A DNA stretch of 56,600 bases, counting the filler, from Circinaria calcarea (taxonomy: Eukaryota): the NCBI GenBank assembly GCA_051942165.1. It is 4 parts of 4 records of this genome, joined end to end, with 100 filler letters (N's around TTAATTAATTAA, not from the genome) between each part and the next. Parts side by side here need not be neighbours in the genome. Positions count along the whole stretch, not along the records: positions 42,547 to 56,600 come from JAVECS010000458.1; 3 more parts are not named here. One strand, 5' to 3'. The notes under the pieces were generated by a model, which had not been told where the DNA came from, ran no database searches, and saw nothing but the letters and a program-made list of their open reading frames with translations. Position 1 is the first letter of the stretch, and every line of letters begins with the position of its first letter. The position numbers and the translations under genes are program-made. Positions 43,585 through 54,973 of this stretch are shown here, piece by piece.

Positions 43585-43990
43585 TTGATGCTTCTTGCGC
43601 CAAGGGCTAACTCAGCTCGGATGACCGTTTCATGCGAGGAACACCAGGGATACCAACCCGCACGTCCCTTTTCCTTATTCTACTTGGTAAACTAGAGGTT
43701 TTGGCGTGAGCTTTCGGTTGTAGGGTTGGTAAAAGCGTCGCTGTGGTGATTCCTAACGAGAATTTGCTCTTTTTTTATGGTTCTTATCTTGATTATGATT
43801 TTCTCCGCTGGGCTGTGTTATCAGTTTAATGCAAACCACCCTCCCATAATCCCTTGGGAGCCAATCAACAAGTCGCCGAGATGTTGGCATGTTCCCGCCG
43901 TCTCGGAGAATTTTGATCCTTCAAGGATTTATTCCTGCGTTGGCTTCAAACTGGACTGGCTGACCGTATTATGTTGGCGGGATCGTCAAA

Positions 43991-44121
43991 AGCGCTACAT
44001 TGAAACATGGCGCTCTACGCCTCATTTATCGCCGGGAGCGCTATATTGAAACATAACACTCTACGCCTCATTTATTCCCGAGAGCGCTACGTTGAAACAT
44101 GGCGCTCTACGCCTCATTTAT
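43991..44121. repeat. 46-bp minisatellite, ~2.8 copies
   Basis: Units start at 43991, 44037 and 44083; consensus AGCGCTACATTGAAACATGGCGCTCTACGCCTCATTTAT(N7). Confidence 0.9.
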
Positions 44122-44784
44122 GCTAAACTACGAAGAAAGACGCACTCATTAACATGAAATAAAATAGGAAACTTGCATATCCGGTCTGGTTGCGAGTCGG
44201 ACCCCACAGCCTCGAAGTTAATCAGGAAAAAATCTTTCAGCCGGTTGCCTTGTCTTTTGTAAGGGGGCGGTTCAAACAAATCGAATGTAGCATTCCCGGT
44301 TTTGGCCATTAGGACTGGGCTAGGCTATGGGTAGGTGGAGCGTTCATTGGTCAACGGATCCTATTCCAACTATTCTCCAAGTACTTTATGTTGTTGGCAC
44401 TCTAGAGGAGCTGCTTGAGGCTGCTAGCATTGTTTGTTTTCTGCCTAGAATATTTCCGTTGTCTACAAGCTTCCCTCTCCTCCGCAACATGGCTATGGAT
44501 CCTGATGGATCAAAGGCACCAACGGAGCCAATACTGTAGTTGTTGGCAGCGCGGCGGTTGTGTTGTACGTACGGGTAGCTCGAGGTGGATGTTGTAAGGA
44601 GCGAGATGGAACGTCTCGACTCTTTCGCTGAAAAAGTATAAAGGTATCTCTATATTCTCCTCTTATTAAGGCAGATACTATTCAGCCACCGTTCAAGCAA
44701 ACACATCTCGAGAAAACAGCTTTACCTCCAGCAACTCACTATCCCAGTTTCACATAATCTCACATTCGATTTCGCACACTCAGA

Positions 44785-45228
44785 ATGCAGTTTTCCAAAG
44801 CCTTCCTCGTCAGCATTCTGTCCCTGGCCTCCGTCACCACAGCTCAGTTTGACGATGGCGATTTTGCAATCGCTGCCCGGGAGGCTGATCCTTTCGCCGG
44901 GGCGTTCGCCGAAGCAGTGGCCGATGCCCATCCTCTCGCCATTGCCGAGATCCACGACATCTATAGCCGCGCCGTCAAGGCTGCTAAAGGGCAGGTCTGC
45001 GCCCGTGAGCTATCACCCCGCTGCTTTACCCTGAGCCTCGTGTGCCAGCCGAGTAATGGACGTACTGTCATTCCCGAAAGCGGTTTGGAACATGGCAACC
45101 GCATCCCGGTCGACTGCAAACAGATAACGGAATGCAAGAGGGGTGTGGTGGTCTTTAAGAAGAATGCCGGAAGAGCAGTACCGTTGCCGGCCTTGGCTGC
45201 CTGCAGGCGCATTTGCGGTTGCGAGTGA
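44785..45228 (+). CDS. Small secreted Cys-rich pre-pro-protein (candidate effector or antimicrobial peptide)
   Basis: 147 aa, intronless. Signal peptide MQFSKAFLVSILSLASVTTA, acidic Ala-rich propeptide ending IYSR, basic 8-Cys mature part. TATAAA at about 44637. Confidence 0.8.
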   Translation: MQFSKAFLVSILSLASVTTAQFDDGDFAIAAREADPFAGAFAEAVADAHPLAIAEIHDIYSRAVKAAKGQVCARELSPRCFTLSLVCQPSNGRTVIPESGLEHGNRIPVDCKQITECKRGVVVFKKNAGRAVPLPALAACRRICGCE

Positions 45229-46209
45229 GGCTAGCATACTCCCTATGGATTTGTTTTGGAAGTAGGGAGGACACCGGAAGGACGGATCACACAAACGCAA
45301 GGATTGCTGCAGGATCAGCACCTTGCCATTGTATACGGTGTCGTTAGGAGATATGTTGATTCAGTCGAGCTACCCGATAGATTTCTGTCTTTTCAATTAT
45401 AAACTCGCAGTTTGCTGTTTTGAAATATTTTCAAGCTTCACATGTGCTCACAATCCCCATCTACCGCAGAAAGTCTTCTCGCACGTAGCATTGCTGGAAG
45501 GAGCAACAGGGCTAAATGTTATGAGAACAAAAGCCAAAGAGCCAGATAATCCACATGGCGGGAAAATGGTAGTGGGGGAGTCATCCATTTTTCAAACAAA
45601 AAAAAGTTAGTGCACCTGTTAGCCCCCCCCAAAAAAATTCCAGTTTAGTAATTAGAATAGTTTAGGGCTAATGAACCCCGATTATACCCACCGAATCAAG
45701 AACTTCTATTACCGTATTACGAGATAAATTTAACAACGGAAAATACGCAACCCCTCCCACAACAACAGGCGCTGTAAGGCAAAAAAAGATGGAGAAAAAC
45801 GGAATGCACGGAGCACCGCAAGGGTAGGTTAGAGCGGGGTTGACGGGAAAGCGGACACTGAAAACGATTTAACGGACGGGGATACTACGATCCGATTGTT
45901 GCTTTTCAAGGCAAAACGTTACGAGAAAATGCTATAGAGATGATACGCAAACGGCTATTTAAGGGATGCCCAGGACGAGTTTCATATGTCTAGAGGGGGA
46001 TGGAGATTGGACTTTGGTTATTTCATAACCTCAGCAAAGCGTTAAGATGCTATGCAGGTTTGCCTTCTCCCACTCCACGGGCGATCGGATTTCGCTTCGC
46101 TTCCTTAATGGAAGGATGACGCTATCTAAAGGGGGCTTATGTTTTTAAATCGCTCTCTGCACCATCTCTAAAGGGCCCGTCGAGTATGCTTGCGTTTCCT
46201 GAATTTCAT

Positions 46210-46951
46210 TCAGATTCCTGTTTTCTCTTCTCCCTCCGAGGGTTCGAATTCCCGGGGCTTTCTAATCATCAGCTGGGTCCGATGGATCCCATAGCCCATA
46301 TTTCCCCCTTTCCACCGGCTGAGATCAAGGTCCATCAAGTCGACGTCGTGCCAACCATATTTCCGAAAAATCTCACGCCCAATCATAGGAGTCTGGACCC
46401 AAATGGTTTCCCGGGCGAGGCCGAAATGTTTGAATCCCCACTGGAGCAGTGCCGACCCAATTCCCTTCCTCTGAAACTCCGGGAGAACGTATAGAGCTCC
46501 CCACACTGGAAGATGTTAGCCGCCGTTTGCATGTCGGATGTTACACATCCAGAAAAACCAACAACAGACCGACGTGGTTTTGGCCGTTCATGTGCTTGCG
46601 ATACAAAGCAGCAATTTCCTTCGAGCACAGCGTTTCAAGTTCTTCGTTCATGCCCTCTGGAAAATAGTCCGCATGAAGGTATTCGCCAATCTCAGTGGTT
46701 TGAAAGCGGATGCTACCGAAACCCACGATCCTACCACCTTTCTTGGCAGTTGCTTTATATATCCGTGCCCTGGGGTTGTTGAAAATATCCCATAACCCCA
46801 TTTGAGCAAGCCCGGTCTCTGTCTCGGCACTTTCGGTTTGGTCTCTGTTGAAGATGAGTCTTTGAAGCAGATTCGCTTCTTGAGCCTTCATGAGTACGAG
46901 AACCAGGCTGTTAGTATCGGCCGCTGTAGCTAGGGAAATATTAACCGACAT
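46210..46951 (-). CDS. GNAT-family N-acetyltransferase; 2 exons
   Basis: MSVNISLATAAD..GRIVGF..HV|VWGALYVLPEFQRKGIGSALLQWG (acetyl-CoA motif QxxGxG), GREIFRKYGW. Intron 46506-46569. Confidence 0.88.
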
Positions 46952-47529
46952 GACGGTGGTGTTTTCCTTTCGTATTAGATGCGTAGAAAGAAGGAGATAA
47001 ACGGGGTTGTCAAGGACAACTGAAGTCCAGCATGTGGGCAATTTATTATGTGCCGTGAAGGATGGGCAACCCCCTCCCGCCCCCCAACTTGATCATTTGT
47101 TAGCATAGCCCTCACTCAGCCCAACCGCTGCCACATTCATGCCATTCTAACGGTTTTTAGCCTAGCTCCACTGTAGCTAAACTGCATTCGGTCGGGACTG
47201 CCAAGTAAATCCTTCACCTTGAATCTTGCCGCGGCGTATTTTACAACGGCGGAGTCAATCACCCAGTGTGTTGTCACACCATCGTGTGTGCTGCCGTTCA
47301 TTTGATGTTGTCAAGCACCTCCTCTATTCAAGTATATAGTGTCAGCTTTGCATTAATTGATCCGTCTTTCGGAGATATCAAAGGCTTTCCTTGACTTCTG
47401 CCACACTAACAGCTCCTCATTACAATGGATAGCACCAAGTCTGCTCCCAATACCTAAAGCTGTTAGAATATATATAATCAATATAAACAGTAACTTAGCC
47501 GATGCTATTCCGCTCCGTGCTGTGCCGCC

Positions 47530-49197
47530 ATGGACTTACCTTCACTGAAGGTCGCGTGCCATTTCTTCGGGGACCACTTTGATGTGGACTGCTACTCCTC
47601 TGTTTTGATATCTTGCTGGCAGCGTGTCAATAGATCCTCCTCTAGGTATTATCGAAGACAAAAGACATACAGCTATCTTCTACATACCTTTGCGGACCCC
47701 ATCCCACGCTATCTGCTCCGTTTTGCTGTCACTCTACCAACTACGAAGACGAAATGGACTAACTCAAGTTCCAGGAGAAGATGGCTCGCTTCCCCAGGTC
47801 CAAGGTTTGGGATAAGGCCACTCAACAAAAGGTTGATGCTGTACGCGCTTTTGTCCACCGGCACCCCCAACCTACCATCTCAGCCATCCAGAACGCCAAC
47901 GCCCGAGAGCGCCCACTGAAAGGCCCGTTTCGCTTGGTGCAGGACACTCTGCCAGCGCCAACGGAAGACGATGTCAGGCAATTGCTACTTCGCACCATTA
48001 GTGACTTGGGAGAAGTCGAGTATGATCCCCCAGATTTGGCTTCAGTGCCGGTGGAGTGGATCGGCAGGGAGGTGGAAGGAGTTGTGGATACATCTGCAGC
48101 TTCGTCGAACAAACGCTGCGATCTGGAACGCCTAACCTACGATTGTACCACTGACTTGACCATCCTGCACGTTCATGGCGGCGCATATTTGTACGATTCA
48201 ACTTTTGCGTCTCTATCTCCTCACTGACACTGATCACAGCCATGGTAGTCCGGAATTCTATCGATCAACGACGTTCCAACTTGCTTCTCTCAGCGGGGGA
48301 CGAGTGGTCTCTGTCAAATACCGTCTGTCGCCCCAACATCCCTTTCCTGCCGCCATCCTCGACGTACTTATTGTTTACTTGTCCCTTTTATATCCCTCAC
48401 CCTCTTCCGCACATCGACCTGTCGATCCCTCCCATATTGTTTTTGCCGGCGACTCCGCTGGTGGAATATTGCTCTGCTGTGTCATGCAGACTCTCCTGCA
48501 TACGATGTCACACGCTCCTGTCCGCTTCCACTCAAAAACGATCTCATTCCCCATTCCAGTACCTGCAGGCATCGCCATTCTAAGCCTCCCAGGTGACTTG
48601 AACCAAAGCCTCCCCTCCTACGAGGCAAACCGCGTCAACGACCTCTTTCTTGACCTGCCGTGGTCTCATCCAGACTACCCCTCCTGCGCGATTTGGCCTA
48701 CGAAGCCGCCTCGCGCCGACCTTTACTGCCTGGCGAGGTCATTCCTACATCCATTCGTGTCCCTTGCCTTGGCTAAGACCTGGGCTGGTACACCTCCGAT
48801 GTGGCTTGCTAGTGGTGAGGAGCAATGTGTCGATGGGGGTAAAGCAGTCGCGCGAAGAGCTGCGCTACAAGGTGTCAACGTTACATGGACGCAGTTCGAG
48901 GCCATGCCGCACTGCTTCGTTTCTCTGCCCGGTTTGAATCACTCGAGGCAGGCGGAAATTCTCATGGCCAAGTGGGTAGCCTTCTGCAAAGAATGCGTCA
49001 ATGGAACATTCAGGGGACAGCAGAGCGTCAAGGCTTTCAAGGTGAATTTCAAGGACGCAAGAGAGCTGCCTGTAGAGTTTCAGAATCCGGGAGATCCGTC
49101 ATTTGACGACATCGAAAGAATGATACATGCTAGGGTTCAAGATGTTGAAAGGCTGTTCCAGGAAGAATGGGGCAAGAGGATTCCGGCTAAAATCTAA
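47530..49197 (+). CDS. Alpha/beta hydrolase fold-3 (HSL-family esterase / acetyl-hydrolase); 5' exon structure uncertain
   Basis: VPVEW, LHVHGGAYF|HGS (oxyanion hole), YRLSPQHPFPAAILD, GDSAGG nucleophile elbow, GEE and MPHCF. Intron about 48190-48239. Ends -AKI. Confidence 0.88.
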
Positions 49198-50378
49198 ATG
49201 ATGGCCAATGTCCTAGACTCTGGCTATTTGGCAACACAAAGAGACCTTGTTGCAATGCCTACGGTGGGGAATTTCAAATTGTGCGGACTGAAAATGTCAG
49301 CAAACCTAAACGAGTCGGAAGCATGTACTTAGTGAGGATATGGAAAGTCACTAGAATTGAGTTCTCACTAGCTTTCTCCGCTGGGAGATTGTTGATAGCA
49401 ATCCGCTCTACCTCTTGATTGTCTCGTATAAAGTATAGTGAGCCGATCTCGTGTGTCCATACCCGATCAGCTGCTGTAGATTAAGAACTTTTAACACAAC
49501 CCCGTACCGTTTATTTTATTCTACGCAAGTTGGTCCAGAAAGAAGCGTAATCCTCTTTTGTTGGAGATTGCCAAAGTGCCCGGCCAGTAAAAGCCTAGCC
49601 AGAACGGGGTACATTCGGAAATGCCTCTCAAGTCGCGTAGAAGGCAGCCAGGGAGCCAGGGGGGGGGGGTACCAGCAATCCAGTCGGCCAACTATAAATA
49701 ACCGCCTTGAATCTTATAAAGTAAAAATGCTTAGTACCCAATACATTCATACCACATATCAGGGCCATGGACTAGATACCAAACCGGATTTGCCATTGAT
49801 AAGGAGATAGATGGTTGAAGGGAATGGAACGGTCGGCGGACGCAAAGAGCGAAATGATCTCGAAAGCAACAAGGGAAAGTGTGAGATCAAGTCCTGTCCC
49901 TTAGAGTGATAAGCTACCATGAGTGGTGCCACAAAGGGGGGCCTTGTCTGCAGATTCATGCCAGTGGGAAAAAATCCCCATGGTCCGGTGTGTCTGATCT
50001 TTGAATGGGTGTTATGTTCGCCTTATTTTATCCACCATTTCCATCACCACAAATAGGTATGGGTGTGTCGGGTGTATGCCGATTGTGGCTCCTGACTTTA
50101 CTTCCGCTGGATTTTCCTCCCGCTATATCGGCACTTGTTGTAATGGATGCGGCAGGAGTCAACGCGCCTAAATCGCTCTATTTCATCTACCGACTGCCCA
50201 TATACCGCCGTCTAGTCAACGTAATGATGATCAGGGTGATCAGTACGGTTGGGGTCCAACTGGCTTGATCAGTAAACGAACATATACTAATGATCGCCGT
50301 ATACCACTTAGAAAACCGGAAGAGAAATTTATCAATATGTTCATTTCATCTTAACGTATGTAGTCCAAGGGTATTCCA

Positions 50379-52097
50379 CTACTTGAGAGTAAATCTCGTT
50401 GTGATCTTCTTCATCTCGGCTTTCGTCCTGGATTTCAGGAATTCCCCGTTCATAATGCCATGAACATACGAAGGCCCGATTAGCTGATGATGAATACCTC
50501 TACTCCGAACAATGAATGGCATGTCTGCTCCAAGGATGAGTACGACCATATCATCTTGCTGCAGCTCCTGTGGTCCTAATCCAATACGATGGCCCTGGGT
50601 GATAAAGAAGCGTTGATTTCCCATCTGCAAGCTCTGGACAAGGGGCTTGATGTATTCTTCCTTTCTCTGGGAATACGGCAGTTCAGGCTTGAAACTTTTT
50701 GGAACACGGAGTCGATCTCGGAACACTTCGTACCGCTTGCCAAAGTCGACTGGTGCCGGGCTCTTCGGCCCTGGAGTATGGGCTTTTCCAAAGATATATC
50801 TGTTGGTGACAAGAGTTCGCCATAGTGCATCTGATTTGCAAGGATCAAGCGAACTGAGACCCGATGCTGGCTGCTTTTTGATGGCTGCGCGTAGCGTCCA
50901 CTCTATGTTGTCAAGCACCTCTTCTGTGCTGGGATCGGACGCTGTAGGCTGAGCTATATCTACACGACTAACTTTATCAAAGTTGCTAATACGATCCACG
51001 AGGACACTGGCAACCTTGAGGATGCAGGGGTCACTGGCATATCGGATATCCGCACTGTGTCCAGCAGACGCACTGTATGTCCCTGGCATCCAGAGAGACC
51101 ACTGCGACGACAAACGTGACCAATCCGACACCCAAGAGGGGAGGTTGTGAGACTGGGAATTGACACTGCAGCAGAGGGCATGGATGTCTTTCCGTAGCAG
51201 ATGTTTTGCAACCTGAGTATATACTTGCTGCACGGAGTTTGAGTAATCAACGTCAATGGCTGACCTATCGTCCTCATGCGCTAGCCCAAGCAGCGCAAAG
51301 ACTTTATCCCGTGGATTAGTTGCCTCAAAAGCGATGGTCCCATGTAGTAGGTTTCCGATTCCTTGGATACGGGTCGTGTCTTTTCGGTGATCTCGGATTG
51401 TGCATAACATACCAAAGGTAAGTGGTGGCGACTGCAGAACTCGAATGGAAACAGATCTGACCATGAGATTGTGGGCAAGCTCAAATATATCCCAAGGTAG
51501 CCATTTGTGACCACATCCTACCAGAGGATCCGAACTTGCAACTGCAATCTCTTGCAGCACCCAGGATCGAGTCCACCATTGCCGGCGAAAAAGTTGAAGG
51601 AGGGCATCCCAAGCCTTCCTTGTGTCTCTGTCTTCAATATTTTCCGGGATGCTATCGAGGTTGATATGACCGATATTCGCGATAAGATCCATGGCTACGT
51701 CACTGTCCTGCTCTGCGTGTCCCAACCAAACCAATACTTTTGATGCCTTTTGGTATATATCCTTCATCTTCTGAACTTGATTGCTCTTTTCTTCATCGTC
51801 GAGCTGATTGATACATAGGGCATCGATCCATAGGATCCTAGCCACACTTTCGTAGCGCAAATGATATAGTGCAATTCCGAGATTTGGAGTAATTGAAAAC
51901 GCGAGGTTGTTCAGAACAATCGTACATTTACCTAGACTCTGCTCGCCCCATGTATATGAAAGTGCCTCGTATAGCGGGTTGTCTTGGGGGCTAATATGGA
52001 GTAACTCGCATCTGAGCTCATCGGACTTGGTGCCAGGGAGAAGTGATATCAATCGAATGTCACTCTGCGTTGAGTCCAGTGAGGAGTATTGAAACAT
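50379..52097 (-). CDS. HET-domain protein (HET-6OR-like heterokaryon incompatibility family)
   Basis: Intronless 572 aa with IRLISLLPG, YEALSYTWG, LWIDALCINQ, QVQKMKDIY, VLVWLG, WWTRSWVLQE, ATNPRDKVFALLGL, LPSWVSDWS and LIGPSYVHGIMNGE. Confidence 0.93.
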   Translation of the reverse strand: MFQYSSLDSTQSDIRLISLLPGTKSDELRCELLHISPQDNPLYEALSYTWGEQSLGKCTIVLNNLAFSITPNLGIALYHLRYESVARILWIDALCINQLDDEEKSNQVQKMKDIYQKASKVLVWLGHAEQDSDVAMDLIANIGHINLDSIPENIEDRDTRKAWDALLQLFRRQWWTRSWVLQEIAVASSDPLVGCGHKWLPWDIFELAHNLMVRSVSIRVLQSPPLTFGMLCTIRDHRKDTTRIQGIGNLLHGTIAFEATNPRDKVFALLGLAHEDDRSAIDVDYSNSVQQVYTQVAKHLLRKDIHALCCSVNSQSHNLPSWVSDWSRLSSQWSLWMPGTYSASAGHSADIRYASDPCILKVASVLVDRISNFDKVSRVDIAQPTASDPSTEEVLDNIEWTLRAAIKKQPASGLSSLDPCKSDALWRTLVTNRYIFGKAHTPGPKSPAPVDFGKRYEVFRDRLRVPKSFKPELPYSQRKEEYIKPLVQSLQMGNQRFFITQGHRIGLGPQELQQDDMVVLILGADMPFIVRSRGIHHQLIGPSYVHGIMNGEFLKSRTKAEMKKITTRFTLK

Positions 52098-53663
52098 CTT
52101 TCTTCGAAAAAGCTCATGTAAGCCGAATGCGGAACCCAGAATAAAAACGCGTCTCTAGATGGACTAGATCCCAGGTGTTTACCCTTTCCTGATTATCTAG
52201 TCCAGGATGTTCTAAGCCAACCCGGTGGTTTGGAGTATACTTTAACTGCTCTCCTACGCATATGCCTGCTTGGATGATCCTATCCGGACGAAGCGTATTA
52301 AGGAGAGTAACTGTTTTATCAATGTTAATTGTTGGCTTTGGCCATTTGGTGTGCCAATCGAGGAAGCAACCCCGTACCCAATCGTGGCCTCTGGACACCC
52401 TCCTTACACCACGGAGTAAGGCTGAACAACCATAAGAGAATGTTCTAATAGGATGGGATGGCCAAATTCCACCACTCGGAGTAATGCGAATGTGTACGCG
52501 GCAATGCAGTTGTGCATCCGGTTCCGCAATACTCATCCTCCCACGATTGTTCCTGTGTTAATACTCGCTAGGATAAGGTCGCAGTAGTTCAGGATCAAAC
52601 GACATGAAATTTGCATAGATTGGGAATGGTACAGGCGAGGCACTTCCAGACAGTTGCTCAGGGGTGGAGCGGGCACTAGACATGGGTATCAAGGCTTACC
52701 GTGTGAGCCTGACCTCAGTGGGTCAGCGAGCTGTGGTATACCTACGTCTTCAATGGTCTGCACGGGATAACCGGGAATTGCTGAGATATGGACCGAAAGG
52801 CGCGCTCAATTAATGCTGTTTCCCCGCTTCCTTTTACCCACGCACCCTGTAAACCTCCGGATTTAGTGATTAGTGCGTGAAAGTTGCAGATAGGTAGTAC
52901 CAAAGTTAGCAAACTGTCAGGAAGTGTTTTGGTGGGACTGGATGCCACTCATGTAAACCTCGCCTCCACACTACATATCTCGTTACCAACCACCTTCCCT
53001 TTAATGATCATCATTTACTTTTCAGCCATTCTCATTTGTGTAACGCATATGTTGTACACTTACGAGGCAACCGGTACTATAACAAGATCGTCACCGCATA
53101 TTTCTACTTTGTTAGGGGTGGATGAAAAAGATTACAGTTCCTGAATCTCGAGTCCTCTGAATATAGACCGAGATGTCAAACCCCACGCCTGTATGCCTAG
53201 CCGCAAAAACGGTACAGTTGAGCTGCGAAGCTTGTTACGGTATCATGTTGGATATTGCCTTGGAGCTATTCCGATGATGTCTTGCAACATTCTCTCTGGT
53301 ACCCTTCTTGATGATAGCGTGGAGAATAAACCGCTCAAGCTATTCGCCCCAGAAAAGTTTGTTTCTATCCCCCTAAAGCCTCACCAACAAATGTTAACGG
53401 CATGTCCTCTTGGTTATATCTTACGATCAGTCAGTCACTCAGACCTGATGGAATCATACAAGGGGTAGTATAATAAGGTACAGAGATGCTTAACGCTTTG
53501 ACGAAACACATCATCATATAATCTCCTATTTTCTCATCTTATATGTTCGAGAACCTATAGCTGCGTCTTCCGCTTTAATTATTCATTCAACTTGGAAATA
53601 GCAAATCATCTCCGCCTGGCTGCCTGACCGTTTCCAACATCATATCAAGCAGCTAGCTTACCG

Positions 53664-54094
53664 TTACGACCTAGCTTCACCCAAACTGTCTCTTGCATCT
53701 GCTTCGTGTCCCTCTCCATCACGGCTCTCTGGGTTCTCTCTTTGTGAGCTATGCGGCGAAGACGCACTGGTCGGCGAGGGAGATACCGGGCCGATCTCAA
53801 TATCTACCGCAGGTAGCTCAGGGCCTAGACGGGTTGAAACAGCGTTAGCTCACACTGGCAGTGAGTATCTTTGCAGATATGGCTTCAGATCTTACCCATT
53901 GTACGACTCGAAGTACCAACATGGACACGCCAAATCATCCATGCTTTGTATCCTTGCCAAATGGTGATGACGCCGATGACACAGGCACAGACGCCGAACA
54001 CAATGCTGCTGATCATGCCAACCAGGTCTGGGGATGACTGCGACGAGTAAGGGACGCGGGCATCATTATCCGATACAGACGAGAGAGGAGACAT
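53664..54094 (-). CDS. Small single-pass membrane protein (119 aa); 2 exons
   Basis: TM ISSIVFGVCACVIGVITIWQG. Intron 53825-53895 (GTAAGA..GCTAAC..TAG) restores an open frame to TAA at 53664. Confidence 0.6.
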
Positions 54095-54130
54095 TCTGGC
54101 TGGAGAAGAGCTGGACGGGGAGGTGTTAAT

Positions 54131-54190
54131 GAAAATAGGATGGTGAAAATGCGATGCTGAAAATGCGATGATGGTGAAAATGCGGTGATA
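54131..54190. repeat. Short tandem repeat (GATGGTGAAAATGC-like, 3-4 units)
   Basis: gatggtgaaaatgc gatgctgaaaatgc gatgatggtgaaaatgc just upstream of the small membrane gene. Confidence 0.7.
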
Positions 54191-54695
54191 TCAATTGCTT
54201 TGGATTTATACCAGGTTGGGTGTATGCCAATCTTTATGGCCTTAGATATACCAAGACGAACAGGAGTGATTAGGTTGTAATTTAGAAGATACAACCAAGA
54301 TGCTTCTTGCATAGTAACGGGGAATCTACTTAAATATAACTGCGAGATCAGTTTGGTGTTACAGAGACATGAGGAAGAATCATTCTCGGTTTCGGTCTCT
54401 GCTAAGCTCCTGGTAATGTTGACCTCGGGACTACTGCCCAGAGTGTGCCGCAGCAAGAAGTCAACAAGGAGTCGTCCAATGTGGGGTGCCTAACCATATT
54501 GGGACGGGGAGATGGTTAATTCCTTTGACGAACAATGGCAACTCGGGAATTCCCTATAGCTTGGCTTTTTCCGCTGTTCGCCTCCGGAGAGGAGTTGTGA
54601 ATTGTTGCCGTCAAGCGTGCCTATGAATTGCGTCGAAATTGGGAAGGACCATGTCACGACGAAACCCATCCTCTCGAGGCTGAGATCTGTAATTC

Positions 54696-54973
54696 CGTTA
54701 AAACGCCTAGACCGGGTCTCTGGTGCAGCACTCACCGCCAACTTCGACTTGGTCTATAGCGACAGAGCTGCCGGAAACTCCTTTACTGGTCGATCCTCGA
54801 CCACACATAAATTTCGGAAGTCGGGATTTGTGGGACATAGAGTCTGGAGAGGGGATAAGCAGACAGAAATTCATATGCGATGGACCGGTAAGTTCCGGCA
54901 GCTTTGACGCTACAGACCAAGTCGAAGTTGGCGACGAGCCTTCCACTAGAGATCCGGTATGGTCGTTTTGATG
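54696..54973. repeat. Long imperfect inverted repeat (foldback), arms ~110-120 nt, loop ~50 nt
   Basis: Core GCCAACTTCGACTTGGTCTATAGCGACAGAGCTGCCGGAA pairs with TTCCGGCAGCTTTGACGCTACAGACCAAGTCGAAGTTGGC (3 differences in 40). Pairing continues outward and inward. Confidence 0.9.

Noticed and set aside
43991..44121. CRISPR-like array (units contain ATTGAAAC, resembling CRISPR repeat ends)
   Set aside because: Units are contiguous with no unique spacers, there are no cas genes and the context is eukaryotic. It is a minisatellite.
45600..46150. AT-rich stretch as a RIP-degraded transposon
   Set aside because: No terminal repeats or transposase/RT remnants recognisable by eye.
46235..46260. tRNA T-loop-like GGTTCGAATTCC
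   Set aside because: Lies inside the GNAT coding sequence and no cloverleaf can be built.
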